The notes under the pieces are model-generated. The model had not been told where the DNA came from and did not search any database. It saw only the letters and a list, made by a program, of their open reading frames with translations. Below are positions 31,108 to 40,285 of a stretch of DNA of 64,000 nt, piece by piece (positions within the stretch are counted from its first letter, which is position 1; the number at the start of each line of letters is the position of its first letter). The DNA is from a bacterium. Lineage in GTDB: Bacteria; Desulfobacterota_D; UBA1144. The translations under genes were made by a program, and so were the position numbers. The stretch spans positions 5,952 through 69,951 of the forward strand of contig JABILG010000003.1 in NCBI GenBank assembly GCA_018654605.1, in the 5' to 3' direction.

Positions 31108-32088
31108 ATGGATTCTTCATTAATAAAAGAGCCTATTTTAAAATATCTTAATAAGGTTGAATTATTACTCAACGATGAAATCCCTACTGATATTAAGATT
31201 TCTTTTGATGTAATTAAGCATCTTATCAATAAACCCGGAAAAAGGCTCAGGCCCTCAATTGTTCTACTTTCCGCACTTTCCTTGGGAAAAATTATAGATA
31301 AAAAGATATTGTCAGCTGCAGCATCTGTAGAATTGCTTCATAATGCTTCTTTGATTCATGACGATATAGTAGATCAGGCTGAGATTAGAAGGGGATTAAA
31401 GTCAGCTAATAAGATTTGGGGAGACCACGCTACAGTCTTAGTAGGAGACTTTTTGCTTGCAAGGTCACTTTTCTTAATTAATAAGTCTAAAAATAGTCAA
31501 GTTATGGGGTCTGTAACTAATGCAGCATCTGAATTAGCAAATGGTCAAATACTGGATATTATGATTTCGAAGAGATTAGTAAATTTTAACCAAGATATTT
31601 ATTTCAAGATGATAAGGTTAAAAACAGCCTCGCTTATTTCATCATCTGCCGAAGTTGGTGCGCTTCTTTCAACATCAGATATATCTAAAGTAAGAAAATT
31701 AAAATCATATGGTATAAATCTCGGAATTTCTTACCAGTTAATTGATGATGCATTAGATTTACTTGGAGACACAAGGAAGATGGGAAAGAATACAATGGAA
31801 GATATAAAAGAAGGTAAGGTTACATTGCCAATGTTGATAGCATTAGACAAAGCACCATCTAAAGACAAAAGAGGTATCTTGAAAATCTTACAAAAGAAAA
31901 ATTTTGATAGAAAGAATCTAGATATTCTGTATAATTTTGTATTAGAAAATAATGCAGTAGAAGAAACTTTAAAGTCTGCAAGTGACTATAGTTCAAAGGC
32001 AATCGTAGCAATTGAGTCTTTAAATAAGAGTCAATATAAAGATTCATTAATAGCTTTGGCTAAAGAGAACATAGTTAGGGTGTCTTAG
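31108..32088 (+). CDS. Long-chain polyprenyl diphosphate synthase (IspB-like)
   Basis: GKRLRP, LIHDDIVD...RRG, KTA, QLIDDALD, EGK.TLP. Confidence 0.92.
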   Translation: MDSSLIKEPILKYLNKVELLLNDEIPTDIKISFDVIKHLINKPGKRLRPSIVLLSALSLGKIIDKKILSAAASVELLHNASLIHDDIVDQAEIRRGLKSANKIWGDHATVLVGDFLLARSLFLINKSKNSQVMGSVTNAASELANGQILDIMISKRLVNFNQDIYFKMIRLKTASLISSSAEVGALLSTSDISKVRKLKSYGINLGISYQLIDDALDLLGDTRKMGKNTMEDIKEGKVTLPMLIALDKAPSKDKRGILKILQKKNFDRKNLDILYNFVLENNAVEETLKSASDYSSKAIVAIESLNKSQYKDSLIALAKENIVRVS

Positions 32089-32090
32089 TT

Positions 32091-33716
32091 ATGAAGAAGG
32101 ATGATTGGGAAAACAAATATAAAGAAAAGTTAAAGGAAAGAAAGAAAGAATTCAAAACCACGTCTAACATCAAAATAGAAAGATTTTATACCCAAAAAGA
32201 TGTCTCAGGGAATCTAGATGAGAAGAACTCTATGCCTGGCGAGTTCCCTTTCACTAGAGGTGTTCAACCAACTATGTATAGAGGAAGATTCTGGACTATG
32301 AGGCAATACGCTGGTTTCGGATCTGCAAAGGAAACAAATGAAAGGTTTAAATATCTCTTAGATAAAGGTCAAACAGGCTTAAGTGTAGCCTTTGATCTTC
32401 CTACACAAATGGGTTATGACTCAGATGCACCTGTTAGTAAAGGAGAAGTTGGAAAGGTTGGAGTTGCTATTGACTCGTTAAGAGACATTGAGATTCTATT
32501 TGACGGGATTCCATTAGATAAAGTATCAACTTCGATGACTATCAACGCTACAGCATCAATGCTTTTGGCAATGTATATAGTCGCCGCAGAGAAACAAGGA
32601 GTTTCCGCAGATAAGATTATGGGCACAACTCAGAATGACTTATTGAAGGAGTTTGTCGCCCGAGGGACTTACGCTTTTCCACCGAACCCATCGGTCCAAA
32701 TAAGTGTTGATTTGATGGAGTACTGTAAAGATTTTGTGCCCAAGTGGAATCCAATTAGCGTTAGTGGATATCATATTCGAGAAGCTGGTTCTACAGCAGT
32801 CCAAGAAGTCGCATTTATGTTAGCAGACGCTATAGAGTATCTCAAAATTGCAAAAGAAAGGAATTTGGACATTGAAGGAATATGCAAGAGAGTTTCATTC
32901 TTTTTTGCAGTACATGGTAATTTTTTTGAAGAAATTTCTAAATATAGAGCTGCAAGAAGGATATGGGCGAATATACTGAGAAAAGAATTTGATGTCAAAG
33001 ATGATAATGCTTGTAAATTTAGGACTCATTCGCAAACTGGTGGAGTGACGCTCACTGCTCAGCAACCTTTAAATAATATAGTTAGAACCGCTATGCAAGC
33101 TATGGCAGCGGTCCTAGGTGGTACTCAGTCATTGCATACAAATTCATTTGATGAAGCCTTAGGCTTGCCTACTGAAGAGTCCGCAACAATAGCTTTAAGA
33201 ACTCAACAAATCATTGCTCATGAGTGTGAAGTTGCGAACACTATTGACCCTTTTGCAGGTTCGTATTTTGTAGAAAATCTAACTGATCAAATTGAAGAAA
33301 AAGTTTACGAATACCTTGAAATTATAAAAGAGAAAGGCGGGATGGTTAAGTGTATAGAAGAAAATTACATTCAGAGTGAAATTGAAAATTCTGCATATGA
33401 TTTTCAGATTGAACTTGAAAGTAAAGAGAGAATTATTGTGGGCGTTAATGATTTTAAGGCGGAGGATGAGGAAGTGCCTCCTATTCAAGGAATAGATAAG
33501 AACTTAGAAAAAAATCAGAACGAAAGTTTAGAAATTCTAAGAAAGGGAAGAGATATTAAGAAAGTTAATGAATGTTTATCCTTACTTGCCAAAGCTGCCA
33601 AGAATAGTGAAAACATAATGCCTTATATTCTAGAAGCAGTGAGAGAATACTGTACTATTGGTGAGATGACATCAGCACTAGAGTCAGTTCATGGAAGATA
33701 TAAAGGTTCAATCTAG
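32091..33716 (+). CDS. Methylmalonyl-CoA mutase, substrate-binding (large) subunit, split type
   Basis: PG.FPFTRG...MY...WTMRQYAGF, GLSVAFDLPT, QND.LKE, SGYHIREAG, QSLHTNSFDEA; no B12-binding DxHxxG domain. Confidence 0.93.
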   Translation: MKKDDWENKYKEKLKERKKEFKTTSNIKIERFYTQKDVSGNLDEKNSMPGEFPFTRGVQPTMYRGRFWTMRQYAGFGSAKETNERFKYLLDKGQTGLSVAFDLPTQMGYDSDAPVSKGEVGKVGVAIDSLRDIEILFDGIPLDKVSTSMTINATASMLLAMYIVAAEKQGVSADKIMGTTQNDLLKEFVARGTYAFPPNPSVQISVDLMEYCKDFVPKWNPISVSGYHIREAGSTAVQEVAFMLADAIEYLKIAKERNLDIEGICKRVSFFFAVHGNFFEEISKYRAARRIWANILRKEFDVKDDNACKFRTHSQTGGVTLTAQQPLNNIVRTAMQAMAAVLGGTQSLHTNSFDEALGLPTEESATIALRTQQIIAHECEVANTIDPFAGSYFVENLTDQIEEKVYEYLEIIKEKGGMVKCIEENYIQSEIENSAYDFQIELESKERIIVGVNDFKAEDEEVPPIQGIDKNLEKNQNESLEILRKGRDIKKVNECLSLLAKAAKNSENIMPYILEAVREYCTIGEMTSALESVHGRYKGSI

Positions 33717-34148
33717 TCTCTTACTCATCAAGACAGCATCTTGTCCATCTTCTTCGTAATAATTCTTTCTTATTGAGTCGTCTTTAAAGCCATGCTTTTT
33801 ATATAACTTGATAGCCGAATAATTATCCACTCTAACCTCTAATACAATTCTCTTTATACCTTTAAGGCTTGTTATTGTCTCCAACTCTTTGATAAGCTTT
33901 TCCGCAATATAGTTTCTTCTTTGACTTTGTTCAACACCAATCCTTTCGATTTCAATAAAGTCTATATAGTCCCGTGCAAAAAGGTAACCTAGAATTTGTC
34001 CTTTATTATTTACTAAAAGATTTATTCCCTTAGGGTGTTTGATTTGATTTTTAATTATTTGATCTGACCAGCAATTTGAAAAGATAACCTTTTCTAATTT
34101 ATATATCTCCTCTAAATCGTTAAAATCTATTTTTCTAATTGAGCCCAT
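33708..34148 (-). CDS. rimI: RimI-like GNAT N-acetyltransferase
   Basis: LEVR.DN..AI.LY.K.GF...RKNYY...DA.LM. Confidence 0.85.
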   Translation of the reverse strand: MGSIRKIDFNDLEEIYKLEKVIFSNCWSDQIIKNQIKHPKGINLLVNNKGQILGYLFARDYIDFIEIERIGVEQSQRRNYIAEKLIKELETITSLKGIKRIVLEVRVDNYSAIKLYKKHGFKDDSIRKNYYEEDGQDAVLMSKRLD

Positions 34149-34175
34149 GAATATATAATATTATTTATCAATTTT

Positions 34176-34907
34176 ATGAAACATGCATTAGTTATTTTAA
34201 GTGGAGGTCAGGATTCTGTAACATGTCTATTTTGGGCAATTAGTCAGGGGTATACATGTTCAGCACTAACCTTTGATTATGGTCAACTACATAGTATTGA
34301 GATTGAGTCCGCTAAAAAGGCTGCAGAATTAGCCAAGATTGACAAACATGAAATACTATCTATAGGTCCGCTTTTTTCAGGAAAATCCCCTTTGACGAAT
34401 AAAGATATAAAGCTTGACCAGTTCTCCAGTCTGGAAGATTTTACTTCTGGGATTCAGAATACGTTTGTACCTGGGAGGAACTTATTATTTCTTTCTTTAG
34501 CTGCAAACAAAGCATACTCTATGGATATAGACACTATGATTACAGGAATTTGCCAAGAGGATTTTGGAGGATATCCAGATTGTAGAATAGATTTTGTAAA
34601 GAGTCTGGAAGAAACTATTTCACTAGCAATGGAGAGAAAGATAAAAATATTAACACCTCTGATGGATTTGAAGAAATCAGATATAGTCTTAATGGCGAAG
34701 GGGCTTCCTAAAAAATGTTGGGAGGCTTTATCCTTTTCTCATACTAGTTATGATGGGAAATATCCACCTACATCTAATGATCATGCAAATTTATTGAGAG
34801 CGAGAGGTTTTGAAGAAGCTGGATATCCAGACCCCTTAGTAGAACGGGCTGTTCGTGAAAATCTAATGGAATTACCAAAGACAAAAAATTATGAAATTAA
34901 AGATTAA
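34176..34907 (+). CDS. queC: 7-cyano-7-deazaguanine synthase, variant without the Zn-binding cysteines
   Basis: SGGQDS PP-loop, FDYGQ.H, TFVPGRN, GYPDCR, TPLM..KK. Confidence 0.9.
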   Translation: MKHALVILSGGQDSVTCLFWAISQGYTCSALTFDYGQLHSIEIESAKKAAELAKIDKHEILSIGPLFSGKSPLTNKDIKLDQFSSLEDFTSGIQNTFVPGRNLLFLSLAANKAYSMDIDTMITGICQEDFGGYPDCRIDFVKSLEETISLAMERKIKILTPLMDLKKSDIVLMAKGLPKKCWEALSFSHTSYDGKYPPTSNDHANLLRARGFEEAGYPDPLVERAVRENLMELPKTKNYEIKD

Positions 34908-35535
34908 TGAAATTTTCTACTCTCTTCAAGGGGAAGGTTTGCAGATAGGCATTCCTACAGTCTTTGTTCGTTTGTTTGGGTGCAGCTTAAGATGTGCATG
35001 GTGCGACTCTATGTATGCAGTCAAAGGCGATGATTATAAAGAGTATTCGGTTAATCAGTTAATTAGTAAGATTGAGAAGTTGAAATGCGAGAATGTTTGT
35101 ATAACAGGAGGTGAGCCTCTTCACCAAAAAGAAGGTTTAGTTGCTCTAACAAAAAGATTATTAGAAGATAATTATAAGATTCTCTTAGAAACCGCTGGGC
35201 ATATCAAACCTATGCCTATATTTAACGATCCTAATGTTCTTATTAGTATGGACTGCAAGTGCCCTGGATCAGGAATGGAAAAAAAGACAAATCTAAATTT
35301 ATTAAATGACTTACAAATTAAAGACCAGATTAAATTTGTTATTAAAGATTTAATAGATTACGAATATGCAAAAAATATTGTTATAAAGAATAATTTTAAC
35401 GCAGAAGTAATATTTCAGCCTGTTTATGGGTCTAGCTTAGAAGAATTAGTTGACCTGGTTCTTCAAGACAATTTGAACATCAGAGTTATACCTCAAATAC
35501 ACAAGATAATCTGGGGTGATATCAGGGGTGTATAA
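34891..35535 (+). CDS. queE: 7-carboxy-7-deazaguanine synthase (radical SAM)
   Basis: EIFYSLQGEG, FVR..GCSLRCAWCD, TGGEP, ET.G, PQIHK..W. Confidence 0.93.
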   Translation: MKLKINEIFYSLQGEGLQIGIPTVFVRLFGCSLRCAWCDSMYAVKGDDYKEYSVNQLISKIEKLKCENVCITGGEPLHQKEGLVALTKRLLEDNYKILLETAGHIKPMPIFNDPNVLISMDCKCPGSGMEKKTNLNLLNDLQIKDQIKFVIKDLIDYEYAKNIVIKNNFNAEVIFQPVYGSSLEELVDLVLQDNLNIRVIPQIHKIIWGDIRGV

Positions 35536-35609
35536 TTAAAAATATTGTCATACTGCTAGAGAAAAATTTTTATAAAGATGGCCAACTAGAGATCCTCTTA
35601 AGCTATGAA

Positions 35610-36239
35610 TTGCGTCCTGAAATTAGAAAATTTCGTTCTGACGAGGATACAAGAAGAGTTTTTCTCGAGGACTTTATTAAAGTGTTTAAGCAAACCGGAT
35701 CGCTGGAATTATCATCTAATTATAAGAAGGTACTACAAATTGAAAAAGCTAATGAAATATTAGGTGTAATTAATTTGAATATAGATGGTTTATTAAAACT
35801 TAATGGTGCCCAAAAGCTTATAGAACTTGAAGGAAATATTAGTTGGTTTTATTGTTCTAAGTGTGGGATGGATAAGGATACCAATTTAATTATTCAAAAT
35901 AAAGATGAGTTTGCCTGTAATTCATGTCACAAGAATATACTTAAACCGAGTATTCCCTTTGTTGGGCAAGAGTTCTCTCAGTGGGATATGAAGGATTCTT
36001 GGATGATGTTAAATTCATGTGATAATTTGATAATTTTTGCTGACAATTTTCTCTCACCTGTTACCATTTCTTTTATCGATATTGTTGAGAAGAGAATGAA
36101 GAATACTAAAATTATTTGCTCAGAATCTTTAAATTCTGATATTTTTGATTTTTCCTCAAATAATATTGATTTTATTTATGAATCTAGTGACCTTTTTTTA
36201 GATTCACTTATTGAAGCTTTCGGAGACAACATAATTTGA
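35610..36239 (+). CDS. Degenerate sirtuin (CobB/Sir2-fold) protein, predicted catalytically inactive
   Basis: NLNIDGL..NG...LIELEG, CSKC...CNSC, LKP.I...G. The frame stays open back to about 35520, so the true start may be near 35532. Confidence 0.7.
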   Translation: MRPEIRKFRSDEDTRRVFLEDFIKVFKQTGSLELSSNYKKVLQIEKANEILGVINLNIDGLLKLNGAQKLIELEGNISWFYCSKCGMDKDTNLIIQNKDEFACNSCHKNILKPSIPFVGQEFSQWDMKDSWMMLNSCDNLIIFADNFLSPVTISFIDIVEKRMKNTKIICSESLNSDIFDFSSNNIDFIYESSDLFLDSLIEAFGDNII

Positions 36240-36907
36240 AGATAAGATTAGTAAGTTTTTCGAAACCCACAGATGAATTCCTTGGAGAAGGAGTATCAAA
36301 TGTTCAGGAGTTAATTGCCTTCTGCGCTAGAGTCTCTAATCCATTGAATCAAATTAATAATGAGACTAGTGAAAAACTTATCAATTATTTAATAAAAAAT
36401 AAGCATTGGTCGCCCTTGGAGATGGTTAGTGCTTGTATAGAGATTGAAACTACTAGAGATATTGCAAGGCAAATATTACGTCATAGATCGTTTAGTTTCC
36501 AAGAATTTAGTCAAAGATATGCTGATCCTACAGAAGACTTATCTTTTGTTACTAGGGATGCTAGGTTGCAAGATACAAAGAATAGGCAGAATTCTTTTGA
36601 AACAAGCGACAAAGAATTAGCAAAGAAATGGGAAGAAAAGCAAAGGAAATTGATAGATTTAGCAAAAGAAACTTATATCTGGGCAATAGACCAGGGTATA
36701 GCAAAGGAACAAGCAAGGTCGGTATTGCCAGAGGGGAATACAGTTAGTAGGATGTACATGAATGGAACTCTTAGGAGTTGGGTTCATTATATAGAACTTA
36801 GAAGCTCTAATGGTACCCAGAAAGAACATATGGATATTGCAATAGCAATAGCTAGTGTTATTAGCGGCATATTTCCAATGGCAAAAAGTCTTACTAGTAA
36901 TTCTTAG
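36236..36907 (+). CDS. thyX: FAD-dependent thymidylate synthase
   Basis: ARVSNP, HWSPLEM, RQILRHRSFSFQEFSQRY, KEQAR.VLP, TQKEH. Confidence 0.95.
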   Translation: MKIRLVSFSKPTDEFLGEGVSNVQELIAFCARVSNPLNQINNETSEKLINYLIKNKHWSPLEMVSACIEIETTRDIARQILRHRSFSFQEFSQRYADPTEDLSFVTRDARLQDTKNRQNSFETSDKELAKKWEEKQRKLIDLAKETYIWAIDQGIAKEQARSVLPEGNTVSRMYMNGTLRSWVHYIELRSSNGTQKEHMDIAIAIASVISGIFPMAKSLTSNS

Positions 36908-37839
36908 TCAAGAAGATTAATAATCATAATGTTTTCTTTTTTAATTAGTTCAATATTTTCGTTTGAGGGTAGTCCATAAGTTATAATTTTCTTTATTTTT
37001 GATCCTGTTAAATCGGAGAAATTGACTTTATTCATATAGCAAAGATTCATTATTTTTTTTAGATTTTCACTATCGATTATTAGATTGACCGGCATTAATT
37101 CGTTTATGTTAGTCATTAAGGAATCCAATGAAACATTATTGGTAAATTTATTTCTAAATTTTAAGAAAAATAAATTCAAGACTTTTGAAAAGATATCTTT
37201 TTTTAAATATAGAGACGTACAAAATTCATTCTCATTTAAAGCTTTAAAGTGAGATTCATTCTTTTTAATAAAAGTATCAAGATCGTTTAGAGTATAAGAC
37301 TTTAATTTGTTCGATTGAACAAAAGAGATCTGAGAGACAGGAATAGGCTCCCCCTTTTCTTCATTCTTATTAAGACTTCTTTTTGACAACAAGCCAATCT
37401 TATAGATATTTTGCAATGAAATATAGTTACCTGCTGATTCCTTTGAGCTCTTGAAGTTCCTTATGGAGATAATCTGCTTATCTTTTGTTATGTTGTCTAG
37501 TATATGATTTTCTTTAATATCATTGAGATAGTCAACTATGATAATATCAAAGTCCAAATTAAATTGAATATCTAACAAGCTCTCTCTAGTTGTAAAGCTA
37601 AGAGATGAGCCCAAATTAATTAATGAACATTCTAATATATAAGATTCAAGACAGTTGCCTGCTAAGCTTAAAATTTTCTTATTAATGATATTGTTTTTTG
37701 ATAAATATGAACTTATATTGTCTAGGTTCGACCTTATATCATTTGAAGTGAATTGTTTCCAGTTCATTCCGTCTAGCGATTGGTATGCAAGCCTTGGACC
37801 ATTTCTTTTAAGTATTCGTTCTATCTCTTGTATATTCAT
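36904..37839 (-). CDS. Hypothetical protein with weak similarity to the N-terminal domain of AMP-binding (FadD-like) enzymes
   Basis: P.LAY....W..FT, KILSLAGN.LE....LG pattern; no TSGTTG loop. Confidence 0.55.
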   Translation of the reverse strand: MNIQEIERILKRNGPRLAYQSLDGMNWKQFTSNDIRSNLDNISSYLSKNNIINKKILSLAGNCLESYILECSLINLGSSLSFTTRESLLDIQFNLDFDIIIVDYLNDIKENHILDNITKDKQIISIRNFKSSKESAGNYISLQNIYKIGLLSKRSLNKNEEKGEPIPVSQISFVQSNKLKSYTLNDLDTFIKKNESHFKALNENEFCTSLYLKKDIFSKVLNLFFLKFRNKFTNNVSLDSLMTNINELMPVNLIIDSENLKKIMNLCYMNKVNFSDLTGSKIKKIITYGLPSNENIELIKKENIMIINLLD

Positions 37840-37904
37840 TTTATGGTTTATTTAAACTAAATTTTGACTATAGTATACTTTAGAAGTAATTAATACAATA
37901 TAGC

Positions 37905-39257
37905 GTGATGAAACTTAACAATAAAGTAACCAATAAAAATTTAAAATTTAATGGAGCAAAATTTATTATAAATGAGCTCATCCTCAATGGGCACGAAGCA
38001 TTTATTGTTGGTGGAGCTGTAAGAGATTTGTGCATGGGGATAGAGCCAAATGAGTTCGATATTTCTACATGTGCAAGACCGGATGAGATAGAGAAGATAT
38101 TCAAGAGAACAAAGCCTGTTGGTCAATCTTTTGGTGTAATGCTTGTAATAGTGGATGACCTATTTTTTGAGGTTGCTACCTTTAGGGAGGATATGGAGTA
38201 TAAAGATGGCCGGCATCCAGTCGATGTGAAATATACTAAAAGTGCTCAGATTGATGTCCAAAGAAGAGACTTTACCATTAATGGATTGTTGCTTAATCCT
38301 CTGAATTTTGAGGTAACAGATTTCTGTGATGGTCTTAAAGATATTAGCAATAAGCTACTTAGAACAATTGGTAATCCTAAAAAAAGGTTTGAAGAAGATA
38401 ATCTACGAATACTAAGAGCTGTAAGATTCTTAAACAAATACGATTTAAAGATAGAAGAGGAGACAGAGCGGGAAATAATTAATATGTCTGACAAGATTCA
38501 GAATGTTAGCATAGAGCGTGTAAGAGAAGAGTTTGTAAAGATTATTACAAATAAGAATCCTGGGAATGGAATTAGCTTGTTAAGCAACTATGGACTAATG
38601 GAGCATATAATACCTGAAATTGAATTACTCAGAGGCGTCGATCAACCCCTAGAATTCCACCCTGAAGGAGACGTTTTTATTCATACATGTTTAGTTTTAG
38701 AGAAGCTTCAAGGGGACGGTGCTCTCGAGATTGTCTTAGCATTAGGGGCACTTCTGCATGATATAGGCAAACCTAAAACTTATACTAAAACCGATAGAAT
38801 TAGGTTTAACCGACATGAGTATGTTGGAGCTTTGATGGCAGAGAGAATATGTAAAAGGTTAAAATTTTCTAATAAGCAAGTTAGGGAGGTAAAAGCACTC
38901 GTTAGCGAACATATGAAATTTGGAAATATTAAAGACATGAAAAAAAGTACCTTTAAAAGATTTATTTCAATAGATAATTTTGACTTACACTTAAAGCTAC
39001 ATAAGGCTGATTGTTTAGCAAGTCATGGTGACCTAAGTCTTTTAGATTTCACTAATAATAAGATTGAAGAATTAAGTAATGAGCCAATAAAGCCAAAACC
39101 TATAATTACCGGAGACGATTTAATCAATTTAGGCTTAAATCCCGGCCCGGAATTTAAAGTAATCTTATCAAGAGTGTTTGATGAGCAATTGGAAGGGAAT
39201 ATTTCTAGTCATAAAGGAGGGATTAGTTTTGTTAAAAAGCTAGTTAGAGAGTTATGA
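37905..39257 (+). CDS. cca: Class II CCA-adding tRNA nucleotidyltransferase with HD domain
   Basis: VGGAVRD, EVATFR, DGRHP loop, RRDFTIN, EDNLRILR, HPEGDV..HT, LLHDIGKP. Confidence 0.9.
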   Translation: MMKLNNKVTNKNLKFNGAKFIINELILNGHEAFIVGGAVRDLCMGIEPNEFDISTCARPDEIEKIFKRTKPVGQSFGVMLVIVDDLFFEVATFREDMEYKDGRHPVDVKYTKSAQIDVQRRDFTINGLLLNPLNFEVTDFCDGLKDISNKLLRTIGNPKKRFEEDNLRILRAVRFLNKYDLKIEEETEREIINMSDKIQNVSIERVREEFVKIITNKNPGNGISLLSNYGLMEHIIPEIELLRGVDQPLEFHPEGDVFIHTCLVLEKLQGDGALEIVLALGALLHDIGKPKTYTKTDRIRFNRHEYVGALMAERICKRLKFSNKQVREVKALVSEHMKFGNIKDMKKSTFKRFISIDNFDLHLKLHKADCLASHGDLSLLDFTNNKIEELSNEPIKPKPIITGDDLINLGLNPGPEFKVILSRVFDEQLEGNISSHKGGISFVKKLVREL

Positions 39258-40249
39258 AAATAAAATCAGTTAACCAGCGAGACTTTGGTCGCCTTGAGAA
39301 TATGGAATTTTCTAATAGCGATATTGAGAATATTGTAGATGACGAGTTACTTATAAATGTCCATTGTTGTGGAATAAGTTTCGCCGATATTCTTGCAGCA
39401 GAGGGTAAATATCAAGATACTCCACCCCTGCCTTTTACACCAGGATTAGAAGTTTCAGGTGTTGTTGAAAGTGTTGGGAGTGCTGTTAAGGGTTTTAATA
39501 TAGGGGATGAAGTAATAGCATTATCTAAATGGGGAGGGTTTTCTGAAAAAGTAAAAGTTAAGGAAAGTTTTGCAATTAATAAATTAAAAGGAATGTCGTT
39601 TGATATTGCTGCCTGTATGACGATTAATTATGGTACCTCATATTATGCTCTAGTTGAAAGAGCAAAAATTAAGGAAAATGATAAGGTTTTAATATTAGGT
39701 GCTTCAGGTGGGATTGGCTTATCTGCAATTGAAATATCAAAAGCCCTTGGCTGTCATGTTACCGCAATGGCCTCTTCTAAGGACAAATTATCTGTATGCA
39801 AGGACTATGGGGCAGATGAATTGGTATTAACAAAAGAAGATAACTTAAAGAAGTCTTTAATGGAATTTAAAGGTTCAAAGTTCGATATTATTTATGATAC
39901 TATTGGTGGCCTTTATACTAACGACTCTTTAAGTTTTATTAATTGGGAAGGAAAGCTTTTAATAATGGGGTTTGCGTCGGGTGATATTTCTTCTATCCCA
40001 ACAAATAAAATATTATTAAAAGGATGTGACATAATAGGGGTTTTCTGGGGACCTTTTGCTCGTGGAAATAAATATTTTAATCTTAATAGTTTAAAAGGGG
40101 TTAGCGACTTGTTCAACAAGGGACTAATAAGATTTTCTAAACCAAAGATGTTTCATATTTCAGATTTTTTATCAGCAATGAAAGAAATAAAAGATAGGAA
40201 ATCTGTTGGAAAGCTTTGTCTTTATACGGACTCTTTTAAAAGAAGGTAA
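39254..40249 (+). CDS. NADPH:quinone oxidoreductase (zeta-crystallin-type MDR)
   Basis: G.YQ..P.LPF.PG.E, GASGGIG, GFASG, GVFWG. Confidence 0.9.
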   Translation: MKIKSVNQRDFGRLENMEFSNSDIENIVDDELLINVHCCGISFADILAAEGKYQDTPPLPFTPGLEVSGVVESVGSAVKGFNIGDEVIALSKWGGFSEKVKVKESFAINKLKGMSFDIAACMTINYGTSYYALVERAKIKENDKVLILGASGGIGLSAIEISKALGCHVTAMASSKDKLSVCKDYGADELVLTKEDNLKKSLMEFKGSKFDIIYDTIGGLYTNDSLSFINWEGKLLIMGFASGDISSIPTNKILLKGCDIIGVFWGPFARGNKYFNLNSLKGVSDLFNKGLIRFSKPKMFHISDFLSAMKEIKDRKSVGKLCLYTDSFKRR

Positions 40250-40271
40250 GTTTTAACCTACCTTCTTTTAA
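40236..40271. terminator. Bidirectional intrinsic terminator between the oxidoreductase gene and atpE
   Basis: Perfect inverted repeat TTAAAAGAAGGTA / TACCTTCTTTTAA, with T runs on both strands. Confidence 0.75.
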
Positions 40272-40285
40272 GTCTATAAACTTAT

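Noticed and set aside
34176-36907. Prophage or classical anti-phage Sir2/QueC system (Thoeris, DSR, QatABCD, CBASS IV, Dpd)
   Set aside because: No integrase, structural, nuclease, TIR, ATPase, cyclase or dpdA/tgt partner is present. The sirtuin is the Zn-ribbon CobB type and lacks NAD motifs, and the flanks are housekeeping genes.
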